Program-made: the position numbers and the translations under genes
Source: Raja brachyura
Lineage: Eukaryota
Assembly (NCBI GenBank): GCA_963514005.1
Contig: OY740795.1
Coordinates: 33,480,001-33,544,000, forward strand
Direction: 5' to 3'
DNA length: 64,000 nt
Part shown: positions 37,591 through 49,856 of the stretch, piece by piece
Layout of the letters: the number at the start of each line of letters is the position of its first letter
Numbering within the stretch: position 1 is the stretch's first letter
Notes under the pieces: generated by a model
What the model was told of the DNA's origin: nothing
The model's database searches: none
What the model saw: only the letters and a program-made list of their open reading frames with translations

Positions 37591-37959
37591 AAACATTGCA
37601 ACAGAAGAATCCCACACTGCAGGCACAGTTCCCAATGTACCAAAGGATACAAACCATTGCCTTGATCATCCCCACTTTCAATTCTTCCTCACATTCCAAT
37701 ATATCAATAACATCGAAACTGCAACAAAGGCCTCACAGATTCAGGCTCAATTCAATATCGGTGACTCATTTAGTGCCAGATTTCTTATTTCATAAACCAA
37801 AAAAGTCCACATTAGCAACTGTTTGGTTTGTGGAAATGCAACACATATGAACCATTCTACTGTATTTATCTGCACTGTACACTTCCAGTCCCCAGGAGTC
37901 ATTGAGTACCCTGGTCTGTCCTGAAGTGCATCACTTCACGGCAGTTCACTGAGGCTTTA

Positions 37960-38362
37960 TCAGGTGCTGGTGAGGTCACATTTGGAATACTGTGAGCAGT
38001 TTTGGGCTTGTAACTTACTGAATAGTGAAAGGACTGGATAGAGTGTGTGGAGAGGATGTTTCCGCTAGTGGGAGAGTCTAGGACTAGAGAGCACGGCCTC
38101 AGAATAAAAGGACGTATCTTCAGAATGGAGATGAGGAGGAATTTCTTTAGCCTGAGAGTGGTGAAGCTGGTGAGGCCGTTATTGGGTATTTTTACAGCAG
38201 ATTGATAGATTCTTGATTAGTAAGGGTGTCAAAGGTTATGGGGAAAAGGCAGGAGAATGGAGTTGAGAGCGAAAATTAAATCAATTATGATTGATTGGCA
38301 GAGTAGACTTGAAGGGCTGAATGGTTTAATTCTGCTCCCATGTCTCATGGTCTTATAGTCTT
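37960..38362 (+). mobile_element. CR1 LINE 3' fragment
   Basis: gagtctaggactagagagcacggcctcagaataaaagg (SRTREHGLRIK), tail ...aattctgctcccatgtctcatggtcttat. Confidence 0.8.
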
Positions 38363-38874
38363 ATCACAATTAGCATCCGTGACATGTATCTTGGCTTTTC
38401 TACCAGAGAAAACGTGTTTCTGGTTTGATGAGAATACCAAGACATCTCGGGGCTAATAAATTATAAACACAAGGGTTTATGAGATTGGAAACACAATAAC
38501 GGCATGAAGAGAAAAGAATGCTGAGGCCAAACACATAACCTTGATGCAACAGACTTGACTCCATATCACAGCCTGCTTTCTGCTTCACTGCTACCTGCTA
38601 CACTGCTAACATTGAAAGACAACAAGGTCTCTGGAATGGCTGAATTTCCTGCTGAAATACAGAAGTGCCTATGGTCTCAGCTCCTTCATCTCAGTGATGC
38701 AAAAATCTTGACCATCTTCAAGAAATTATCTTCCTGTTATCTGCCACAGGAAAAGTCATCACAAAAATCCTTCTCGCCGACCTCCTCTCAGTTGTTGAAA
38801 TCCTCTTCCCAATACAGATTCTGATAGAGAAAGCTACAATGACCTTGATTTGCACCCATGTGTCAAATCCAAGG

Positions 38875-39078
38875 AGAGGAGTCCAGACCTGAAACATTGC
38901 CTATCCATGTCTTTCAGAGATGCTGCCTGGCCTGCTGAGTTACTCCAGCACTTTGTCTATTTTTTTAACCCTAACCCTAACCCAAATAGAATTTTAATCA
39001 GGAAGAATTAGTAGGTAGAGATGAAGCAGTTGCCCTTGATCCTTGAGGTAGACTGGCAATCCCTGCCAACTGGATCAT
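38875..39078 (+). repeat. direct repeat copy 2, containing (TAACCC)3
   Basis: Homologous to 37395-37590; three telomeric hexamers at 38966-38983. Confidence 0.8.
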
Positions 39079-39242
39079 AGAACCAAAAATCACTGAACAT
39101 TACCTAATTCTTCTCACAAAACCCTTAGAATCCATTAGCAGGGTGGAATTATGGAAAATCTTCATTAAATTTTGTGTTGTCAGAAATGCATTGCTCTTTT
39201 ATTTTTGCTATGCGTTGACATACAAACCGTGATTTTAACAAT

Positions 39243-39376
39243 CGGTTTAAGAAAGAACTGCAGATGCTGTAAAATCGAAGGTAGACAAAAATGCTGGAGA
39301 AACTCAGCGGGTGAGGCAGCATCTATGGTTCGAAGGAAATAGGCCACGTTTCGGGTCGAAACCCTTCTTCAGACTG
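39243..39376 (-). mobile_element. Penelope-derived repeat with the best-preserved hammerhead core
   Basis: Minus strand cagt-CTGAAGA-a-GGGT-ttcg-ACCC-GAAA-cgtg (core 39345-39372). The cleavage triplet is GUG rather than GUH. Confidence 0.8.
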
Positions 39377-39424
39377 GGTCTTCTTAACTATTGGGTCTAC
39401 CACAGACCCGATCCCACTACAAAA

Positions 39425-39720
39425 TGGGGTCAAGCAAGGCTGTGTATGATTCTGTGGAATTTACCAGGTGGTGACCACTCCAAATGGAGAAGGAGCATCC
39501 AAGAAAGCACTCACCACAGGATGTCTCTTCAACAGGAGCATGCAGAAGCCGTTTGCAAAAGATGTAATGCTAAGAGTGCACAGCATTGCATTCTACCCAC
39601 CCATGCTGCCCTGTCCAAGCACCACATGACCCACCTATGCAGATTTCCAGGTCCTGCTCTGGACTCCACAGCACGTCAGAACACACAGAAGCAAGTTTTT
39701 CTTGATCCTGAGGGAGGGTC
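39425..39720 (+). mobile_element. decayed RTE (BovB-like) fragments
   Basis: ggggtcaagcaaggctgtgta (GVKQGCV) and gaccactccaaatggagaaggagcatc (DHSKWRRSI). Confidence 0.55.
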
Positions 39721-40875
39721 AGAGACAATTTTTTAGGAGCTTTCTAAACTTATATATCAATCCTGATGTAGAAATTAAAGCTTCAGTCATAGTTTAGTTA
39801 TATCTTCCATTGCTCTATTTGCCTCGCTCGTGGAACATTTTATTGGCCCCATCAAAATATAATGAACACTTTCCTATGACAACAATGCTCCCAGGTCACA
39901 TACGATTGTAGTTTGTTGGGAATAGTATGTCTAAACCTTCTCCAAGAATAGTGATTTCACATAATCTTTGTTTTGATCCATTAAATCTTTATATTATTTT
40001 CCACACAGCTCATCAACAGGTTTTCATATTTACATGCCTTCTCAATACGGGTGACTCCCAAGGGAGTGAGGGTTTGAATTCCTCAAACACAATACACATC
40101 ACGATTTTCCGTAACGTATAGTTGGTGCCATCTCTGCACATAAGTCAAAAGTAAAAATTCTGTGCTTATTTTTTTTCCACGAAAATTCAGTGAGAGCTAA
40201 ATTTTATTCCGTATATCAAATTTTTGGACAGTAATTTGTGAATTCTGTTTCCATTACTCAAGCGGCCATAACATAGAGATAACCTGTATAGTGACTTTTG
40301 GTGGACTTTGGAAGTTATTTACAGTTGGCCAGTGAAAGGCAAAATTAGGGTGGGAAATCAAGCATAACATTTTGGAATAAGTGTATCTGAATACTATTAT
40401 AGTACAGGGTATTTCACCTAATTCAAGAGGACACACCTAGCTTTACTCTTCATTGAAACTAGGGTGACAACTTCAGCTTAAGTTGCTCAGCAACCAGCAT
40501 AATTATGAAATCCATGAGATGTGTGGATATAATTATAAATGTAAAGGAATACAAGCTTCAATCAGAACCAGTCTAAAATCAGCTGTTCCATTTTTGTTCC
40601 AGACGTTGTTTACCACAATGAGTAAGTGCTAAATGCCGTACAATTCAAAGGCTGAAACGTGTGGTGGAAGCTTAAAACTCTTGAGAATATATATAGGCAG
40701 CAATAGTGGGTCAAAATTCTGCTCTGCAAACCACTACAGCAATTGACGCATGTCCCGCTTTCTATAGTCAGCAGTGAAGTGCTGGCATTCACATTAACCT
40801 CAAAAGGTAGCTTCCCACAAAGAGTGGTCATCTTCGTGATGTGGGCTTTTCTGTTTCTTACATCTGTTGTCATTA

Positions 40876-41400
40876 AGGGCCTGTCCCACCAGCATGCGAC
40901 TGGATGCGGCGAGCGCGACCTAACGTGGTCGCTTGAGCCGTACGGCCTCGCATGGCCGGTCCCACTCCGATCGCCGGAGCCGTGTGGAGTTGTGCGGGGC
41001 TGGTCCCGATATTGCGCGGGGCTCCGAAAAACTGACCGTGTTCAAAATCCCGCACAGCAACAGCCGACAGGCCCACAGCCGCATTGAGAGCGTACGCAAC
41101 GGCTCGACGTCGTACGCAGCGTCTTGACGGCGTGCACCTAGCACGTGGCGTTGCGCGATGACGTCACCGCCCGGCGTGCCGTTGCGTGATGATGTCGCCG
41201 CCCGACGCCGTGCAACATTCAATTCACTCGGCACGCCCCCTGCCCAGCTGATTGGTGAGTATGATGTCGGGACCAGCCCCGCACAACTCCATATGCCTCC
41301 GCGGTTTGAAGTTGGACCGGCCCCGCAAGGTCATACTGCTCAAGCCACCACGTTTGGTCGCGCTTGCCGCATGCAGTCCCGTGCTGGTGGGACAGGCCCT
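40876..41400. mobile_element. PIF/Harbinger MITE (family B, 525 bp)
   Basis: TIRs AGGGCCTGTCCCACCAGCA with imperfect inverted symmetry over about 135 bp; TTA TSD (40873-40875, 41401-41403); CpG-rich. Confidence 0.92.
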
Positions 41401-41969
41401 TTAGGCATCAGTTCTAGGGACTTCCTGGAGTCCAGCAACAGGTATGTGTCATCAAGCTAGAGTAGCTAATCACAGGGCAGAACTGTCATGGAGCAAATCA
41501 GAAGGATATAATGGAATTAAAAACAAAGTTAAATATTTTACACACTGCAAAATAATTAGAACTTGCACTTGATAAAAGTAGTGACAGAAATGCGAATCTC
41601 GTTAATTTCTTTAAAACTAAATGAATTTTATAACATTTCTGAGAGAAATATACTTTCTTCAGGAACAGAGGGGGGTGCTAAGCAGTAAATACAGCAGAGC
41701 ATATAATCATTTACACCCGAGGCACAACAATTTACAGAGAGAAGTTCATTCAATACCCTAAGTTCTTGTCAATTCACTGATTTCTGCAAATTACACTGTG
41801 AAATGTTGTAAAACAGCATAACCTCTGGAGCAGCAGAGAATCGCTGACAGCCAAACCAGGATTTCTGTTTCAACGAGAATGTGTGCACTTCTGAAGACAT
41901 TGTGCATTTCACAATGCCGTTGAGATCGTGCTGACTGTTTATCCTCAATACAACTGCAAAATCCCCAGG

Positions 41970-43235
41970 TTTAGATTAATCAAGATTAGATTACTTTATT
42001 GTCACATACACCAGGATGCAATAAACTTCCTCATTCACACGAAGTTCACAGAATATACACAATACACATAGTTATGTTAAATATAATAATAAAAGCAAGG
42101 ATGTGGGCAAAACAGCAGAATGATGCAAGATTGTAGTGCAAACTTTGAATAGTGCAAAAGAATATTAAAATACAATAATAGAATAACCAAATGAGGTAGC
42201 GTTAAGAGTAAGAGTATACGATAGCACCTCTGGGAGTGGATGTGAAAGAAGTGATTGGTTCAGGAGTCGTTTCGCTGTGGTGAAGAAGCTGTATTTGTCT
42301 GGATGTCTGAGTTTTTAAGCTCCTGAATCTTCTCTGAAATAGCAGAAGAAGAAATGGCCAGGGTGATACACATACTGTACCTGACAAAAAATTCCATCCT
42401 TCCTATGTAGCGCGCGATGTCTGGGCGTAAAGAAATAACGAGGTTATGATGGACTGGGCACTGGGCTGTGTTTACCGCTCTCTGTAGGTTCAAGTGGTCA
42501 ACTATAGAGCAATTGTGATAACAAGCTGAGATGCCCCCTGTCAGAATAGTGTAGACGTTCGCGAGAATCCTTATGGAAATGCTGAATCCCCTCAGACACT
42601 AAGAAAGTAAATACAATGATGTTGCTTTCTTGATCACCACGTCAATGTGAAGGGACCAGGTTAGGCTGCTGGTAATATGGATCCCCAGGAACTTTAATCT
42701 GTAGACCATATCTACAGCTATTCTGCTGATGAAGGCAGGGTTGTATTCACCCCCTTGCTTCCTAATGTCAACAACCAACTCTTTTGTTTTGCTGACATTA
42801 AGGGCTAGGTTGTTGGTCTCACACCATGACACAAGGTTCACAATCTGTTTGTTGTACTCCATCTAATCATTCTTGTTGATCCGGCTGACAACAATCTGGC
42901 ATCATTGGTGAACTTCAACTGTTCTTGGCCACACAATCATGGGTGTATACGGAGAAGAACAAGAGACTGAGCAAACAACGCTGAGGAACACGGGGATCAG
43001 GCTGGAGGAAATGTTCTGACCAATTCTAACAACTATTATCCGCCGGTCAGAAAGTTCATAAGCGAGCTGTAGATGAAGGCCCAAAAGCCATGGTCCAGAC
43101 ATTTAGAGATGAGCTCATTCTAACTTATGGTGTGGAAGGCAGAGCTGTAGTCAATAAATAGCATCCTGATGTAGATGTTCTTCTTGTAAAGATGATCCAG
43201 GCCTGAATGCAGTGCAAGGGAGATGCACCCATTGC
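41970..43235 (-). mobile_element. Rex1/Babar LINE remnant with 3' tail
   Basis: LVSWCETNNLALNVSKTKELVVD and LKFLGIHITSSLTWSLHI motifs; reverse tail tttattgtcacatacacc with (agatt)n-like repeats. Confidence 0.85.
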
Positions 43236-44815
43236 AAACGTATCTGACTCCAATTGATTTCACTCCAAAACACTATTTCTCAACTAAGCACCATTCTTAC
43301 TTTTAGTAATGTAATGTGATTTGCTCTAATGGCTGACATACAATATATCAATCAACTGGGACTTGGCATTAAATGGGTGCTTTTAATTACTGATTTCTTT
43401 TTAAATTGGACTTTCAAGAAATAACATTCATATTTTATGAATCAATTGTATCCTCACTAAATTATTTTATAAAGGTGTGAGACACTTGAAAGTAACTGCC
43501 TCAACAGTAATTAATATGATTTTAATGCCATTACCTATTGATCTGACATTTGATTATCACATCAGAGTTGACAAAGAAATAATGCCCAATAGCTCTGTGC
43601 ATTCATTTTCCTTTCTCTGTGTCTATTTGTCTGAAAGGGTTGCCCGCAGACATTCATATTTGAAATATTTTTGATAGAAATACACTTCTGACACCCCAAC
43701 TCAAACTACATTTCCCCAAAACACATTGTTGTTGCTTGAATAAGCCGTTAATTATGAAATTACATCAGCATTCACATTTAAAAATTTGCCTTTTCCTTAA
43801 GTTTTTATTTTACTTCTCAAATACGTAGGCTTATAAATGTACAGATCAGTGACCTAACATTATCAAAATGATAGCTGTAGTAAAACATAAACATTTAATT
43901 TTGCTTAAAAGACACGTTAACTCTATTGCTTTTTATAACATTTAAATGAAAATCTAGACAGATTTAATCACAATTTCACACACACACGCCAGGTCATATT
44001 TGGCTATTTTTTGCTCAAGGCAACTGAGGCACTTACTGGAGTTATAAGAATACAGAAAATGTTTAAATCTGGGATTTTACTCCACCCATTTAAAAACAAA
44101 GTATACCAAAGACAATGATGTTATTGAATACTTTTAATTGCAGCAATGGGTGTACACTTGCCATTGCTTACATATTTGGAAAATATTAGTCTTGATATAC
44201 ATGTATGGTTGATAACATTTCAAAATGAGAATTCTAAAATTGGATCTATGCCTAACCTCGTAAATTTTTTCCCCTGCAAGTTAAATGCCCATTTTTGAAT
44301 GAGGGGAGCACACAGTATTTCCTATACTGTGCCCAAATGACTCTCAATCAAAGGGACCTTTGAGAACATGCTCTGGATCCAAGCCAATCAGATCATCTTC
44401 CTGTCTGTGCTGTAACAAAATGTGCCCCTGGTATGTAAGCCATGCCAGATCGTGCAGACAGGGCGACTGCAATCACAGCCTAACCTGTCTTAGCCAAGCA
44501 AAAATGCTGAAGGGAAAATTACCTGCATGGCTCCAGACTGAATTAGGCTGCGTTCTTTTTTAAACAGAGAACGGTGTTTATTTTTTCTCTAGAAAGTCAT
44601 ATCTGTCTCAAATAAAGAGTGCACGCTTGTGGATGCTATCTAGATAAAACTATTTGGAGTACTGTGGCAGTAAACTCACAATGTGCTATTACAATAAAAT
44701 ACTCTTCTAAATCTTTGTTTTTAAAAATGTCTGAAATTAATGTTGCATATGAAAATAGCAAAACTCAGTTCACTAAACTGGGAAGTGAGAGTAGGAATTT
44801 TTTTTAGATAGCACT

Positions 44816-45102
44816 TTGATTAGTTTAGTTTAGAAATACAGCATGGATCAGGCCCTTCGGCCCACCAAGTCTGCGCCAACCACAATCAATTGCACACTAG
44901 TTCTATCCTAGATACGAGCGACAATTTACAAAAGCCACTTAACCTACAAGCCTGCACGCCTTTGGAATATGGGAGGAAACTGGAGAACCTGGAGAAAGCC
45001 CACGCGGTCACAGGGAGAATGTACAAACTCCGTGCAAACAGGATTGGTCCTGGGTCTGTGGCTCTGTAAGGCAGCAGCTCTACCGCTGAGCTGACTGTGC
45101 CA
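44816..45102 (-). mobile_element. tRNA-derived V-SINE (HE1-like)
   Basis: Reverse copy with (tagtt)n tail and V-domain gggaggaaactggagaacctggagaaagcccacgcggtcacagggagaatgtacaaactcc. Confidence 0.8.
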
Positions 45103-46164
45103 CTACTTTTGGAAGAGGACATAAAATCAGCACATCTTGCAGCATATTCAGCATTTACATTTTGGAAGCAGCTCATTGGTTTAAATTAAATTAAGACAAC
45201 AAGGAGAAACGTTCTTAACTTAAATGAACAATCCTCAAATGAGTGTGAGCTGCACCACATGAAGCAGAAGGTGTTGAGGTTGAACCCAATCCCATGAACT
45301 CGGCGGAATGCACTAGTGGCCTCAATATGACGCACATTGTGCAATCCAGCTTCAGCTGGCTGTATCAGAAAGTACACGGACTTGCAATGAGGTTGAGGGA
45401 GAGCCAGTGAAAGTCACTGTCAGTCGTATTTAAGCATGTGGAGACAAAATGCCAGAGCATGGCTAGTAAAACACGAGGAACCAAATGAATTGAAAGAGAT
45501 GATGAACTACAATGCACAATTTAGAAGCTATGCAGCAAATACACTCCTTCCGCCGTCTTTGCAACCTTCAATCTTCTGAAAAAGAACTCAAGAGAGATCA
45601 ACAACTTTTACCACATTCCTTTACATATTGTCTTCTTCTGCTTTTCTATATATCAAAGAAAATTCACAGAAATAAAATCATCTGAATCTTTCAGGAAAAC
45701 CCATTGGTATTGTGCATAGATAAATGATGGATGGGAATTTATTACTAGTCTGAAAGAAATCAGAGGGGTTCTAAAATCATAAACCCACACATATTTCACT
45801 CCTTACAATGTTCCCAAGTGTTGTATTTTTGTTGTTTGCACTTTAGTTTTCTGCTACCCGCAGAGTTTTGTCATTTAAGCTCTTAACTTCTATTGCAGCT
45901 GTCAATTTACACCATTCAAAACAGCATTCTCCACCTGCAACATCTGATGTATAGGTACCTATCTTCCATTATGCCTGTCATTTACTGCATGGCTTCAAGT
46001 GAAGTAATGGGATGGAGATAATCTTACAAAATAATACAATATGGAAAGCAATTACTGACAGAGGACGACGTGCATACGTTGTAAAAACACTGTATGTAGA
46101 GCCTCATAAATGTGGCTTGCAAAACTGACTGCATCTTCAACAAGATTGCGTCTTGACAATATTT

Positions 46165-46555
46165 AGATTCACAGAGTTATATACCGAGGAAACAGGCCCT
46201 TCTGCCCAACTCGTTCATGCTGATCAGGTTGCTTACCTGATTTGTCCCATTTACCTACGATGGGCACATTCAACTATAAACCTCTCCTTTCTGTTTAATA
46301 ATCTATTAAATGCTGTAATTGTCTCCACCTGTCCAACGAACCCATCACCCTCCTCTGTGTGAAAAAGCTGCTCCTCAGGTTCCTTTCAAATCCCTCTCTT
46401 CGCAGCTTATATCTATGCGCTCCAGTTTTAGACTCCCCCTACCTAGAGAAAAAGACTGTGACCATTCACCTTATCTGTGCCCTCATGATTTTATATTACT
46501 CCATAAGATCACCCCTCAGGAAAGAAAAAGCCCCCAGCCTATCTAGTCTCCCCTT
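46165..46555 (-). mobile_element. CR1 LINE 3' fragment
   Basis: ggaaacaggcccttctgcccaac tail and ccctcatgattttata...ataagatcacccct motifs shared with 24092-24460. Confidence 0.7.
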
Positions 46556-47799
46556 GAATGCTGCATTGAATTAAAGAGTTAATACAAGTCTAGACTCCTA
46601 AATTGAGTAATGTGATATATTAACTCTGCTTCTATTTACAAATTAGGTTCAAATAGTTTGGAATAAAAGAACAGCTTTATTTTGTTTTGTTGATAGTCTG
46701 GAATATCCCATGATCTGGATCGGGGCTGTAAAACTGTTGATTATTTTCTCAGAATAATTCCCCCTCACACAAGTTCTGTTTTTCTTTTGACAAAAGACTC
46801 AGATTGTGAATAGGCAGGAATTCAATCCTCCTGAAACATAAACTCAATCAGTAGAGCCCAGCTAAAAACCCCCGGGACTCCACTTTCAGTTTCGACCATC
46901 TTGATGCAAACTGATCTTTCAAGGCTGTTAAGTATAAAAGGCCACGGCAGACATCTAGAGGCAGTTTACTGTAAATAGAGTGGTGATAGCAATTCTTTTA
47001 CTCAAGAAAAACATATCAGTCTGTAGATGCAGCAACAAATATGGCATGTTACACAAATCCAAGAATGCGGACTGTTGTATGAGACTGCAAAGTTTACCAT
47101 CTTAATAGGTGATTACGACAAGCAAAGAATGAATGTTTACCAACAGAATTTCAAATACACTCTGAAACAAATTATTTAAAGTCGTAATATTCTCAAAGCC
47201 AATTGCTGGAATTGAAATCAACAATTGCCTGTTCAGGGCATGGGTCACCTGTGGAATCATTCAGCTGGTGTGTGCTGTAGGAATGGGAATGAACTGGGAA
47301 AAGGAAAAGGTTTGAAATGCACATGCATAACATAAGGACAACCAGGTATTTGCTACAAGATGCAAATACATTTTGATTTTCAGTGTACTTGAGATAACAT
47401 TAAAGCCTGCAAATTAGACTATAATTAAACAAGGCCAGATATAGAAGTCGGAGGAAGGAAGCTGGTGGTACGGATTACTCCTTATTCAAATACTGGAAAT
47501 TTGGCAAGCATTGAAACTTAATTGAAGTAATACCGTTGACCATCCAGTTGGCATCATGTGGTTTCACAACATGAGTCGCAGAGTTCTAGCATGCCTTATA
47601 AGAATTATTAAAATCGCCAAGGATCAAGAGGGCACTTAAGGGCAATGATTAGCATCACTTCTGCACTGACTACAAAGCATTCAGATTCCTGAAACTAACA
47701 CGAAAAGTAGTTTCCCAAAGTAGCTATTGGATTAAAAAGCAGTAACACCCTCAAAGTTAACCAAAACTAAAAATATTTCAATAAAAATATATTTACTGT

Positions 47800-47930
47800 G
47801 TCAGGGGTTATGGGGAGAAGGCAGGACAAAGGGGTTAGGAGGGAGAGAGACATCAGCCATGATTGAGTGGCAGTTGTTGACTGGATGGGCCGAATGACTT
47901 AATTCTGCTCCTATCACTTATGACCTTATG
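47800..47930 (+). mobile_element. CR1 3' tail fragment
   Basis: gtcaggggttatggggagaaggcagga...gggccgaatgacttaattctgctcctatcacttatgaccttatga. Confidence 0.7.
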
Positions 47931-47967
47931 ATTTACAATTAATAGCAAAGCAATTAACCAAAAGAGT

Positions 47968-48124
47968 ATGTGTAGGAAGAAACTGCAGATACTGGTTTAT
48001 ACGAAAGAACCTGAAGTAGTCTGAGTCAGCGTCTGAAGAAGGGTTCCGTCCCGAAATGTCACCTGTTCCTTTTCTCCAGAGATGCTGCCTGACCCGCTGA
48101 GTTGCTCCAGCACTTTGTGTCTAA
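47968..48124 (+). mobile_element. Penelope-derived repeat with near-intact hammerhead core
   Basis: gt-CTGAAGA-a-GGG-ttccgt-CCC-GAAA-tGTC-acc at 48033-48060, preceded by an inverted remnant of the family end (tgtaggaagaaactgcagat). Confidence 0.78.
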
Positions 48125-49065
48125 CCAAATGAATATGATGTTCGATAATTAGGCTTCAAGTCTGCCTTTCCACCGATTTTCCTGCCCATACTCTCTCATT
48201 TCTTTCTGCAGGCCCTAACTTTGTTTAGGTATTGGTTGTGGTCAAGAACGAATAATCTCAAATTTTTGATTGATCAATTGATCTCATTTAGACTACCTGA
48301 AATGGAATTGGGCTTTGCGCTATTTGGCAATGAAGGAAAAAAATAGTGATATGGGGAAGAAGCTATATCTGGTGATGTTTGACATACACTTACCCTGCCT
48401 GCACAACTGCCGAAAAACTGTTGCTTCAAATTAAAGGAGAGTAACTGTCAGTGTTATTGCTTTTTAATCCAATAGCTACTCTGGGAAACTGTACCTTTTA
48501 TGTTGGTTTCAGGATTATGACTGGTTCTTGTAGTAAGTGCAGAAGTGAAAGATCATGTGCTATTCACAACTCTAAAGTGCTCTTTTGGTCCTTGGGAATT
48601 TTAATAATTCTCATAAGGCATGCTAAAACTTTGTTCCTCATTTAGTACATCGCCTACATCCTCTAACTCCAAGCATACATTTCCTCTGTTATCCTAGACT
48701 GGTCCTACCTTCTTCCTGATAACCCTCTTGTTTTTTATGTATGTAGAAACAGATGTGGGATTTTCCTTAGTCTGAGATTTTGTGGCTCTGTTTGGCCCTT
48801 CTAATTACCTGCTTGCGTTCTTTCCTGCTCGTTTATTTGTCTCAGAGGCCCTATCTGATTGAATCCAAATTTATAACCTCTGGTCATCCAAGGTTACCAA
48901 ACTTTGCCATCTTTGTCCTTCCTCTTTACTGGGACATGCTGGGCCTCAACTCTGATCAGCTGGTCTATAATCTACTCCCACATGTCAAATGTGGATTTAC
49001 CCAATAACAACTGTTCCCAATTTACTCTCCCGAACTCCTAGCTAATATTGCTGTAATCTGCCTAA

Positions 49066-49618
49066 AGGGGCTGTCCCACTTGGGTGACCTAATCCGCGAG
49101 TTCTGGCGAGTTTGCCCTCGACTCATACTCGCAGCATGGTCGACACGAGGTAGTAGGAGGTCTTCATAACTCTCCTTCATGCTCAAGAGTAGTCCCCGTG
49201 TTCTCGAGGCCTCAGCTAGGCCGCTGCGTATTTTTCAACATGTTGAAAAATGCCCGCGAGTAAAAAAAGATCGCCGTGGAAAAAATTGATACTTTTTTTA
49301 CTCGTAGGTTTAGTTGCAGTAGGTTGTAGTAGGTCGGCATGTTAGTCGTAGGTAATCGAGGGTAGTCGAAGGTAGTCATAGATAGTCTTCATCATAGTCG
49401 AAGGGAGATTGAAGGGAGGTCGAAGGAGGTCGTCTTCACTCTTCACTATTCGGTATCGAATTTTCCCGAAGTTAGTCGTAGCTAGTCGAAGCTAGTCTTC
49501 AACATAGTCGAAGGAGGTCTTCTACGTAGTCGAAGGAGGTCTTCAACATGACATTTTTTCGAACTCTCCTAAACTCTTCTAAACTCGCCAATTAGGTTGC
49601 CCAAATGGGACAGCCCCT
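49066..49618. mobile_element. PIF/Harbinger MITE (family D)
   Basis: TIRs AGGGGCTGTCCCACTTGGG / CCCAAATGGGACAGCCCCT, flanks TAA / TTA, a 22 bp palindrome at 49230-49251, and an internal tagtcgaagg-type decamer array. Confidence 0.85.
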
Positions 49619-49856
49619 TTACCATAGGTTAGTACCTTCCTCCAAGATCCAAACTTATCCCTTTTCATGCCAGTCTTAAAACTTATGAGTTGCGATCACT
49701 GTTTCCAAAATGCTCTTCCACTGAAAAAACAACGATTTGGCCAGGCTTAGTTCCCAATATGAGGTCTAGTACAGATTCTCCTCGAGTTGGTCTATATGCA
49801 TACTATCAGTTACCTCATACAAATTCTGTTCCGTCTATGGATTTTGTACTGAGTAA

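Noticed and set aside
37395-39078. Direct repeats as LTRs of an LTR retrotransposon
   Set aside because: No TG...CA ends, PBS, PPT, TSD or gag/pol remnants; the interior holds an unrelated CR1 fragment.
42535-42550. ccctgtcagaat, resembling the reverse complement of the penultimate VTI1A exon (ILTG)
   Set aside because: It lies inside a Rex1 LINE remnant, the flanking codons do not match, and there are no suitable splice sites.
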